DNA of 64,000 nucleotides from Macrostomum hystrix. Its lineage: Eukaryota; Animalia; Platyhelminthes. Where the stretch lies: positions 9,362,001 through 9,426,000 of the forward strand of contig CATNEN010000039.1 in the NCBI GenBank assembly GCA_950097015.1, written 5' to 3'. Within the stretch, counting starts at the first letter, position 1. Each line of letters begins with the position of its first letter. The notes under the pieces were generated by a model. The model did no database searches. It was not told where the DNA came from and saw only the letters and a program-made list of their open reading frames with translations. A program made the position numbers and the translations under genes. Shown one piece after another: positions 24,001 through 36,000 of this stretch.

Positions 24001-27000
24001 GCTTCCTGCGCGGATTCCAGCGCTCTGGCGCAGTTGATCAGGCGCTGGCCGGCGCCGGCTAGGGCTTTCATCTCGGCCTGGCGTGCCAGCAGTTCCGCTT
24101 CGCAGGCTTTTAGACCGTCGATGATGTCGCTAATAGCGGCAGGCTCGGTTTCAGAGTCTGGATCAGCTGGGGGCCACACGGCGTCAGCCAATTCAGAGAG
24201 GCGTCGGTCGATTGCCTCCTGCCAGGATTGGGCGCTCTGCTGCCGGTCCGTCTGGGTTGGTTTGTGGTGTTGACAACGTTGCGTGGATCATCTCTTCTCT
24301 CCGCATTTTGTCTCACCCCATGCCTTATCTACCGACATCTTGCATCACCCCATGCCTTATCTACCGACATCTTGTCTCACCCCATGCCTTATCTACCGAC
24401 ATCTTGCATCACCCCATGCCTTATCTACCGACATCTTGTCTCACCCCATGCCTTATCTACCGACATCTTGCATCACCCCATGCCTTATCTACCGACATCT
24501 TGCATTACCCCATGCCTTATCTACCGACATCTTGCATTACCCCATGCCTTATCTACCGACATCTTGCATCACCCCATGCCTTATCTACCGACATCTTGTC
24601 TCACCCCATGCCTTATCTACCGACATCTTGCATCACCCCATGCCTTATCTACCGACATCTTGCATCACCCCATGCCTTATCTACCGACATCTTGCATCAC
24701 CCCATGCCTTATCTACAGACATCTCGTCTCTTCTGCACACATCTACCATCCCTCAAATACTACTGACCAACAGCTGCAGGGCGCACCTGATTCTCCAAAG
24801 CGTCCTGCAGAGCAGTGAGAAGTCGCAGTCGGGCGTCAGCTTCGCGTCGAAGCTGCTCCATCAGCGCCCGGCTCGTCGAAGCCGCGGTTATCAGCCTCTG
24901 CCGCTGCTCCTCGGGGACGGCATCGGAGTATTTGTGCAGAAGGCTCTCAGTCTGATAGCAGAGCGTCAACAGAGGCTGCTGGCGCGACAACAGATCGTTG
25001 TTGATGTCCTATTGAAAGAAAATCAAACCATTATTCAATTAAACAATCTTATTATCTTACCATGAGTAGGATTTCAGGACTGCGTCAAACAGATCTACCT
25101 GATGCTCATCCAACATCCGGGCCACTGATTTCTCGTTCAGTTCAGCCGATGGGAAAGCCAATAAGCGAGCTCGGAGAGTGCGCAACTTCGCGAGTTCTCG
25201 ATCCAAATCAGCCAGCAGATCCTCAGAATACTTCTTAGCGTCAACCTATATTTCAGTGGAATAGACGCAAGCGTAAATAAAACAGATCATTATGTACCTC
25301 TGTCCGACGCATTGCAGAAAGCGCGGCAGTTTAATTTTAAAGAAAGCTTTTAATTCTTTGCCTTGCTGAAGCGGAAGACACAGCAAACTACTATCAATGG
25401 GATAAACTACTCATTAGACAGACAAGGCTGACAACAATCATAGCGACCAAAAAGACAAATTTGCGTCCGGTTATGAAAAAACGATAATGGATTTGCAAGG
25501 CCACATGGATAATCTGTTTTCCAATGGGCAATGTATTTATGCTACAAAAACCGTTTTCAAAGTCACAATAAAATAACTATGAGCAATGCATCAGCGGCTC
25601 ATAGTGGGGATCGAACCATGGCAGGGCAGACTAGGACCACTTTCAGGTTTGCTTCACTAGTCTGTCAGTCGAAGTCGGCTCGAATTCAAGCCAGCTAATT
25701 GGAATGGCTATTAAGTACACACTGAGACAATTGTGAGGAAATGGCGCCGTGGTCAAATAGCTCTACAAGCAGTAGCTATCGCTTACACTACAAAAAAATC
25801 ACCACATAAAAGTAAAGATAAACAAAAGAGACTATCGAGCACAGTTACACACAACAAAAAGCAATATAATACTACAAGACTACAGAACTAACTAAAAGTG
25901 TATCCAAAAGAAGCCAATCAAAGACAGCCGTCAAAGCAAAGCAAATCAGAATGCGAAATTGAAAAAATGAAAATCAGTTTCCAGAAAAACCACAAAACGG
26001 TTTTACGATTTTTAGTCGTAAAAACGAGCTTAAATCTGAAATTAAAACTATTCAATCAAGGCTTACCGGACTGTCCAGTGTAACACACTGTAGCCAATCA
26101 GAGAACGATCGCTCAACAAATTGACCAAAACAGGGAAGAACAGCAGAACTCGAAGTGACGGGAGTGTTAGAGGAGGGAATTGAGTAAGAATTAGCTGAAA
26201 ACGATGACTGAGGACCCGATGAAAAGCTCACAAAAGTGTCACCATCTGTACCTCCTGAAGAGTTAAAGTTGTGGATCGCAACACCCTGCCTAGAATCAAC
26301 TAAGGCAACACTAAGCTCAGATGGACGAGCGATTGTCCGAAAACCATGATCTAAATACCAGTCTTCACTTGTCTGCAGCTGAACAGCCAACACGCGAGTC
26401 TCCGAGTCGACAACCACAGTCGACTCGTCAGCTTCTTTGGGCTGCTCGACCGGCGACTCAATCGTCTTTGCAGGGCTTTCAAGCTGCTCATCCTGCGTTG
26501 ACGGCTCCGACACTGACTCGACCTTTGACTCACGAGATTTCTCATCAACGCTCTCTGAGACTGCCGACTCTTGAATCTTGCTGACCTCATCATCAACACG
26601 ATGCTGTTCTTTCGTTGGCTTCTTGACTTCACGAGCTTCGTCTGACAGCAGCTCGATGTCTTTGCCTTCCGGCTTCAGCTGCTCAGTTCTCTGCTCAGAT
26701 GGTCGCGATTCCACAGCTCCCGTCTCGGATGCAGAAATCGCTTGCTCCTTTGCGACAGAGCTTGGTTCCTCATGGCTTGGAGTCTGCAGCTGATCAGCCA
26801 ACACTCGAGTCTCCGAGTCGACAACCACAGTCGACTCGTCAGCTTCTTTGGGCTGCTCGACCGGTGTCTCAGTCGTTCTTGCATGGCTTCCAAGCTGCTC
26901 ATCCTGCGTTGACGGCTCCGACACTGACTCGACCTTTGACGCACGAGATTTCTCATCAACGCTCTCTGAGACTGCCGACTCTTGAATCTTGCTGACCTCA

Positions 27001-30000
27001 TCATCAGCACGATGCTGTTCCTCCGTTGGCTTCTTGACTTCACGAGCTTCGTCTGACAGCAGCTCGATGTCTTTGCCTTCCGGCTTCAGCTGCTCAGTTC
27101 TCTGCTCAGATGGTCGCGATTCCACAGCTCGCGTCTCGGATGCAGAAATCGCTTGCTCCTTTGCGACAGAGCTTGGTTCCTCATGGCTTGGAGTCTGCAG
27201 CTGAACAGCCAACACGCGAGTCTCCGAGTCGACAACCACAGTCGACTCGTCAGATTCTTTGGCCTGCTCGACCGGTGCCTCAGTCGTTCTTGCAGGGCTT
27301 CCAAGCTGCTCATCCTGCGTTGACGGCTCCGACACTGACTCGACCTTTGACGCACGAGATTTCTCATCAACGCTCTCTGAGACTGCCGACTCTTGAATCA
27401 TGCTGACCTCGTCTTCAACACGATGCTGGTCCTCCGTTGGCTTCTTGACTTCACGAGCTTCGTCTGACAGCAGCTCGATGTCTTTGCCTTCCGGCTTCAG
27501 CTGCTCAGTTCTCTGCTCAGATGGTAGCGATTCCACAGCTCGCGTCTCGGATGCAGAAATCGCTTGCTCCTTTGCGACAGAGCTTGGTTCCTCATGGCTT
27601 GGAGTCTGCAGCTGAACAGCCAACACGCGAGTCTCCGAGTCGACAACCACAGTCGACTGCTTGTCGTCAGCTTCTTTGGCCTGCTCGACCGGTGCCTCAG
27701 TCGTTCTTGCAGGGCTTCCAAGCTGCTCATCCTGCGTTGACGGCTCCGACACTGACTCGACCTTTGACGCACGAGATTTCTCATCAACGCTCTCTGAGAC
27801 TGCCGACTCTTGAATCTTGCTGACCTCGTCTTCAACACGATGCTGTTCCTCCGTTGCCTTCTTGACTTCACGAGCTTCGTCTGACAGCAGCTCGATGTCT
27901 TTGCCTTCCGGCTTCAGCTGCTCAGTTCTCTGCTCAGATGGTCGCGATTCCACAGCTCCCGTCTCGGATGCAGAAATCGCTTGCTCCTTTGCGACAGAGC
28001 TTGGTTCCTCATGGCTTGGAGTCTGCAGCTGAACAGCCAACACGCGAGTCTCCGAGTCGACAACCACAGTCGACTCGTCAGCTTCTTTGGCCTGCTCGAC
28101 CGGTGCCTCAGTCGTTCTTGCAGGGCTTCCAAGCTGCTCATCCTGCGTTGACGGCTCCGACACTGACTCGACCTTTGACGCACGAGATTTCTCATCAACG
28201 CTCTCTGAGACTGCCGACTCTTGAATCTTGCTGACCTCGTCTTCAACACGATGCTGGTCCTCCGTTGGCTTCTTGACTTCACGAGCTTCGTCTGACAGCA
28301 GCTCGATGTCTTTGCCTTCCGGCTTCAGCTGCTCAGTTCTCTGCTCAGATGGTAGCGATTCCACAGCTCGCGTCTCGGATGCAGAAATCGCTTGCTCCTT
28401 TGCGACAGAGCTTGGTTCCTCATGGCTTGGAGTCTGCAGCTGAACAGCCAACACGCGAGTCTCCGAGTCGACAACCACAGTCGACTGCTTGTCGTCAGCT
28501 TCTTTGGCCTGCTCGACCGGTGCCTCAGTCGTTCTTGCAGGGCTTTCAAGCTGCTCATCCTGCGTTGACGGCTCCGACACTGACTCGACCTTTGACGCAC
28601 GAGATTTCTCATCAACGCTCTCTGAGACTGCCGACTCTTGAATCTTGCTGACCTCGTCTTCAGCACGATGCTGTTCCTCCGTTGGCTTCTTGACTTCACG
28701 AGCTTCGTCTGACAGCAGCTCGATGTCTTTGCCTTCCGGCTTCAGCTGCTCAGTTCTCTGCTCAGATGGTCGCGATTCCACAGCTCGCGTCTCGGATGCA
28801 GAAATCGCTTGCTCCTTTGCGACAGAGCTTGGTTCCTCATGGCTTGGAGTCTGCAGCTGAACAGCCAACACGCGAGTCTCCGAGTCGACAACCACAGTCG
28901 ACTCGTCAGATTCTTTGGCCTGCTCGACCGGTGCCTCAGTCGTTCTTGCAGGGCTTCCAAGCTGCTCATCCTGCGTTGACGGCTCCGACACTGACTCGAC
29001 CTTTGACGCACGAGATTTCTCATCAACGCTCTCTGAGACTGCCGACTCTTGAATCTTGCTGACCTCGTCTTCAACACGATGCTGTTCCTCCGTTGGCTTC
29101 TTGACTTCACGAGCTTCGTCTGACAGCAGCTCGATGTCTTTGCCTTCCGGCTTCAGCTGCTCAGTTCTCTGCTCAGATGGTAGCGATTCCACAGCTCGCG
29201 TCTCGGATGCAGAAATCGCTTGCTCCTTTGCGACAGAGCTTGGTTCCTCATGGCTTGGAGTCTGCAGCTGAACAGCCAACACGCGAGTCTCCGAGTCGAC
29301 AACCACAGTCGACTCGTCAGCTTCTTTGGGCCTGCTCGACCGGTGCCTCAGTCGTTCTTGCAGGGCTTCCAAGCTGCTCATCCTGCGCTGACGGCTCCGA
29401 CACTGACTCGACCTTTGACGCACGAGATTTCTCATCAACGCTCTCTGAGACTGCCGACTCTTGAATCTTGCTGACCTCGTCTTCAACACGATGCTGGTCC
29501 TCCGTTGGCTTCTTGACTTCACGAGCTTCGTCTGACAGCAGCTCGATGTCTTTGCCTTCCGGCTTCAGCTGCTCAGTTCTCTGCTCAGATGGTAGCGATT
29601 CCACAGCTCGCGTCTCGGATGCAGAAATCGCTTGCTCCTTTGCGACAGAGCTTGGTTCCTCATGGCTTGGAGTCTGCAGCTGAACAGCCAACACGCGAGT
29701 CTCCGAGTCGACAACCACAGTCGACTCGTCAGCTTCTTTGGCCTGCTCGACCGGTGCCTCAGTCGTTCTTGCAGGGCTTCCAAGCTGCTCATCCTGCGTT
29801 GACGGCTCCGACACTGACTCGACCTTTGACGCACGAGATTTCTCATCAACGCTCTCTGAGACTGCCGACTCTTGAATCTTGCTGACCTCGTCTTCAGCAC
29901 GATGCTGTTCCTCCGTTGGCTTCCTGACTTCACGAGCTTTGTCTGACAGCAGCTCAATGTCTTTGCCTTCCGGCTTCAGCTGCTCAGTTCTCTGCTCAGA

Positions 30001-33000
30001 TGGTCGCGATTCCACAGCTCGCGTCTCGGATGCAGAAATCGCTTGCTCCTTTGCGACAGAGCTTGGTTCCTCATGGCTTGGAGTCTGCAGCTGAACAGCC
30101 AACACGCGAGTCTCCGAGTCGACAACCACAGTCGACTCTTCAGCTTCCTTGGGCTGCTCGACCGGTGCCTCAGTCGTTCTTGCAGGGCTTTCAAGCAGCT
30201 CATCTTGCGTTGACGGCTCCGACAATGACTCGGCCTTTGACGCACGAGATTTCTCATCAACGCTCTCTGAGACTGCCGACTCTTGAATCTTGCTGACCTC
30301 GTCTTCAACACGATGCTGTTCCTCCGTTGGCTTCCTGACTTCACGAGCTTCGTCTGACAGTAGCTCGATGTCTTTGCCTTCTGGCTTCAGCTGCTCAGTT
30401 CTCTGCTCAGATGGTCGCGATTCCACAGCTCGCGTCTCGGATGCAGAAATCGCTTGCTCCTTTGCGACAGAGCTTGGTTCCTCATGGCTTGGAGTCTGCA
30501 GCTGAACAGCCAACACGCGAGTCTCCGAGTCGACAACCACAGTCGACTCGTCAGCTTCTTTGGCCTGCTCGACCGGTGCCTCAGTCGTTCTTGCAGGGCT
30601 TCCAAGCTGCTCATCCTGCGTTGACGGCTCCGACACTGACTCGACCTTTGACGCACGAGATTTCTCATCAACGCTCTCTGAGACTGCCGACTCTTGAATC
30701 TTGCTGACCTCGTCTTCAACACGATGCTGTTCCTCCGTTGGCTTCTTGACTTCACGAGCTTCGTCTGACAGCAGCTCGATGTCTTTGCCTTCCGGCTTCA
30801 GCTGCTCAGTTCTCTGCTCAGATGGTCGCGATTCCACAGCTCGCGTCTCGGATGCAGAAATCGCTTGCTCCTTTGCGACAGAGCTTGGTTCCTCATGGCT
30901 TGGAGTCTGCAGCTGAACAGCCAACACGCGAGTCTCCGAGTCGACAACCACAGTCGACTGCTTGTCGTCAGCTTCTTTGGCCTGCTCGACCGGTGCCTCA
31001 GTCGTTCTTGCAGGGCTTTCAAGCTGCTCATCCTGCGTTGACGGCTCCGACACTGACTCGACCTTTGACGCACGAGATTTCTCATCAACGCTCTCTGAGA
31101 CTGCCGACTCTTGAATCTTGCTGACCTCATCATCAACACGATGCTGGTCCTCCGTTGGCTTCTTGACTTCACGAGCTTCGTCTGACAGCAGCTCGATGTC
31201 TTTGCCTTCTGGCTTTAGCTGCTCAGTTCTCTGCTCAGATGGTCGCGATTCCACAGCTCCCTTCTCGGATGCAGAAATCGCTTGCTCCTTTGCGACAGAG
31301 CTTGGTTCCTCATGGCTTGGAGTCTGCAGCTGATCAGCCAACACTCGAGTCTCCGAGTCGACAACCACAGTCGACTCGTCAGCTTCTTTGGCCTGCTCGA
31401 CCGGTGCCTCAGTCGTTCTTGCAGGGCTTCCAAGCTGCTCATCCTGCGTTGACGGCTCCCACACTGACTCGACCTTTGACGCACGAGATTTCTCATCAAC
31501 GCTCTCTGAGACTGCCGACTCTTGAATCTTGCTGACCTCGTCTTCAACACGATGCTGGTCCTCCGTTGGCTTCTTGACTTCACGAGCTTCGTCTGACAGC
31601 AGCTCGATGTCTTTGCCTTCCGGCTTCAGCTGCTCAGTTCTCTGCTCAGATGGTCGCGATTCCACAGCTCGCGTCTCGGATGCAGAAATCGCTTGCTCCT
31701 TTGCGACAGAGCTTGGTTCCTCATGGCTTGGAGTCTGCAGCTGAACAGCCAACACGCGAGTCTCCGAGTCGACAACCACAGTCGACTCGTCAGCTTCTTT
31801 GGCCTGCTCGACCGGTGCCTCAGTCGTTCTTGCAGGGCTTCCAAGCTGCTCATCCTGCGTTGACGGCTCCGACACTGACTCGACCTTTGACGCACGAGAT
31901 TTCTCATCAACGCTCTCTGAGACTGCCGACTCTTGATTCTTGCTGACCTCGTCTTCAACACGATGCTGTTCCTCCGTTGGCTTCCTGACTTCACGAGCTT
32001 TGTCTGACAGCAGCTCGATGTCTTTGCCTTCCGGCTTCAGCTGCTCAGTTCTCTGCTCAGATGGTCGCGATTCCACAGCTCGCGTCTCGGATGCAGAAAT
32101 CGCTTGCTCCTTTGCGACAGAGCTTGGTTCCTCATGGCTTGGAGTCTGCAGCTGAACAGCCAACACGCGAGTCTCCGAGTCGACAACCACAGTCGACTCT
32201 TCAGCTTCCTTGGGCTGCTCGACCGGTGCCTCAGTCGTTCTTGCAGGGCTTTCAAGCAGCTCATCTTGCGTTGACGGCTCCGACACTGACTCGACCTTTG
32301 ACGCACGAGATTTCTCATCAACGCTCTCTGAGACTGCCGACTCTTGAATCTTGCTGACCTCATCATCAACACGATGCTGGTCCTCCGTTGGCTTCTTGAC
32401 TTCACGAGCTTCGTCTGACAGCAGCTCGATGTCTTTGCCTTCTGGCTTTAGCTGCTCAGTTCTCTGCTCAGATGGTCGCGATTCCACAGCTCCCTTCTCG
32501 GATGCAGAAATCGCTTGCTCCTTTGCGACAGAGCTTGGTTCCTCATGGCTTGGAGTCTGAAGCTGATCAGCCAACACTCGAGTCTCCGAGTCGACAACCA
32601 CAGTCGACTCGTCAGCTTCTTTGGGCTGCTCGACCGGTGCCTCAGTCGTTCTTGCAGGGCTTCCAAGCTGCTCATCCTGCGTTGACGGCTCCCACACTGA
32701 CTCGACCTTTGACGCACGAGATTTCTCATCAACGCTCTCTGAGACTGCCGACTCTTGAATCTTGCTGACCTCGTCTTCAACACGATGCTGGTCCTCCGTT
32801 GGCTTCTTGACTTCACGAGCTTCGTCTGACAGCAGCTCGATGTCTTTGCCTTCCGGCTTCAGCTGCTCAGTTCTCTGCTCAGATGGTCGCGATTCCACAG
32901 CTCGCGTCTCGGATGCAGAAATCGCTTGCTCCTTTGCGACAGAGCTTGGTTCCTCATGGTTTGGAGTCTGCAGCTGAACAGCCAACACGCGAGTCTCCGA

Positions 33001-36000
33001 GTCGACAACCACAGTCGACTCGTCAGCTTCTTTGGCCTGCTCGACCGGTGCCTCAGTCGTTCTTGCAGGGCTTCCAAGCTGCTCATCCTGCGTTGACGGC
33101 TCCGACACTGACTCGACCTTTGACGCACGAGATTTCTCATCAACGCTCTCTGAGACTGCCGACTCTTGAATCTTGCTGACCTCGTCTTCAACACGATGCT
33201 GTTCCTCCGTTGCCTTCTTGACTTCACGAGCTTCGTCTGACAGCAGCTCGATGTCTTTGCCTTCCGGCTTCAGCTGCTCAGTTCTCTGCTCAGATGGTCG
33301 CGATTCCACAGCTCGCGTCTCGGATGCAGAAATCGCTTGCTCCTTTGCGACAGAGCTTGGTTCCTCATGGCTTGGAGTCTGCAGCTGAACAGCCAACACG
33401 CGAGTCTCCGAGTCGACAACCACAGTCGACTCGTCAGCTTCTTTGGGCTGCTCGACCGGTGCTTCAGTCGTTCTTGCAGGGCTTTCAAGCAGCTCATCTT
33501 GCGTTGACGGCTCCGACAATGACTCGGCCTTTGACGCACGAGATTTCTCATCAACGCTCTCTGAGACTGCCGACTCTTGAATCTTGCTGACCTCGTCTTC
33601 AACACGATGCTGTTCCTCCGTTGGCTTCTTGACTTCACGAGCTTCGTCTGACAGCAGCTCGATGTCTTTGCCTTCTGGCTTCAGCTGCTCAGTTCTCTGC
33701 TCAGATGGTCGCGATTCCACAGCTCGCGTCTCGGATGCAGATATCGCTTGCTCCTTTGCGACAGAGCTTGGTTCCTCATGGCTTGGAGTCTGCAGCTGAA
33801 CAGCCAACACGCGAGTCTCCGAGTCGACAACCACAGTCGACTCTTCAGCTTCCTTGGGCTGCTCGACCGGTGCCTCAGTCGTTCTTGCAGGGCTTTCAAG
33901 CAGCTCATCTTGCGTTGACGGCTCCGACAATGACTCGGCCTTTGACGCACGAGATTTCTCATCAACGCTCTCTGAGACTGCCGACTCTTGAATCTTGCTG
34001 ACCTCGTCTTCAACACGATGCTGTTCCTCCGTTGGCTTCCTGACTTCACGAGCTTTGTCTGACAGCAGCTCGATGTCTTTGCCTTCCGGCTTTAGCTGCT
34101 CAGTTCTCTGCTCAGATGGTCGCGATTCCACAGCTCGCGTCTCGGATGCAGAAATCGCTTGCTCCTTTGCGACAGAGCTTGGTTCCTCATGGCTTGGAGT
34201 CTGCAGCTGAACAGCCAACACGCGAGTCTCCGAGTCGACAACCACAGTCGACTGCTTGTCGTCAGCTTCTTTGGCCTGCTCGACCGGTGCCTCAGTCGTT
34301 CTTGCAGGGCTTTCAAGCTGCTCATCCTGCGTTGACGGCTGCGACACTGACTCGACCTTTGACGCACGAGATTTCTCATCAACGCTCTCTGAGACTGCCG
34401 ACTCTTGAATCTTGCTGACCTCATCATCAGCACGATGCTGTTCCTCCGTTGGCTTCTTGACTTCACGAGCTTCGTCTGACAGCAGCTCGATGTCTTTGCC
34501 TTCCGGCTTTAGCTGCTCAGTTCTCTGCTCAGATGGTCGCGATTCCACAGCTCCCTTCTCGGATGCAGAAATCGCTTGCTCCTTTGCGACAGAGCTTGGT
34601 TCCTCATGGTTTGGAGTCTGAAGCTGATCAGCCAACACTCGAGTCTCCGAGTCGACAACCACAGTCGACTCGTCAGCTTCTTTGGGCTGCTCGACCGGTG
34701 CCTCAGTCGTTCTTCCAGGGCTTTCAAGCTGCTCATCCTGCGTTGACGGCTCCGACACTGACTCGACCTTTGACGCACGAGATTTCTCATCAACGCTCTC
34801 TGAGACTGCCGACTCTTGAATCTTGCTGACCTCATCATCAACACGATGCTGGTCCTCCGTTGGCTTCTTGACTTCACGAGCTTCGTCTGACAGCAGCTCG
34901 ATGTCTTTGCCTTCTGGCTTTAGCTGCTCAGTTCTCTGCTCAGATGGTCGCGATTCCACAGCTCGCGTCTCGGATGCAGAAATCGCTTGCTCCTTTGCGA
35001 CAGAGCTTGGTTCCTCATGGCTTGGAGTCTGCAGCTGAACAGCCAACACGCGAGTCTCCGAGTCGACAACCACAGTCGACTCGTCAGCTTCTTTGGGCTG
35101 CTCGACCGGTGCCTCAGTCGTTCTTGCAGGGCTTCCAAGCTGCTCATCCTGCGTTGACGGCTCCGACACTGACTCGACCTTTGACGCACGAGATTTCTCA
35201 TCAACGCTCTCTGAGACTGCCGACTCTTGAATCTTGCTGACCTCGTCTTCAACACGATGCTGGTCCTCCGTTGGCTTCTTGACTTCACGAGCTTCGTCTG
35301 ACAGCAGCTCGATGTCTTTGCCTTCCGGCTTCAGCTGCTCAGTTCTCTGCTCAGATGGTAGCGATTCCACAGCTCGCGTCTCGGATGCAGAAATCGCTTG
35401 CTCCTTTGCGACAGAGCTTGGTTCCTCATGGCTTGGAGTCTGCAGCTGAACAGCCAACACGCGAGTCTCCGAGTCGACAACCACAGTCGACTCGTCAGCT
35501 TCTTTGGGCTGCTCGACCGGTGCCTCAGTCGTTCTTGCAGGTCTTCCAAGCTGCTCATCCTGCGTTGACGGCTCCGACACTGACTCGACCTTTGACGCAC
35601 GAGATTTCTCATCAACGCTCTCTGAGACTGCCGACTCTTGAATCTTGCTGACCTCGTCTTCAACACGATGCTGTTCCTCCGTTGGCTTCCTGACTTCACG
35701 AGCTTTGTCTGACAGCAGCTCGATGTCTTTGCCTTCCGGCTTCAGCTGCTCAGTTCTCTGCTCAGATGGTCGCGATTCCACAGCTCGCGTCTCGGATGCA
35801 GAAATCGCTTGCTCCTTTGCGACAGAGCTTGGTTCCTCATGGCTTGGAGTCTGCAGCTGAACAGCCAACACGCGAGTCTCCGAGTCGACAACCACAGTCG
35901 ACTCGTCAGCTTCTTTGGCCTGCTCGACCGGTGCCTCAGTCGTTCTTGCAGGTCTTCCAAGCTGCTCATCCTGCGTTGACGGCTCCGACACTGACTCGAC

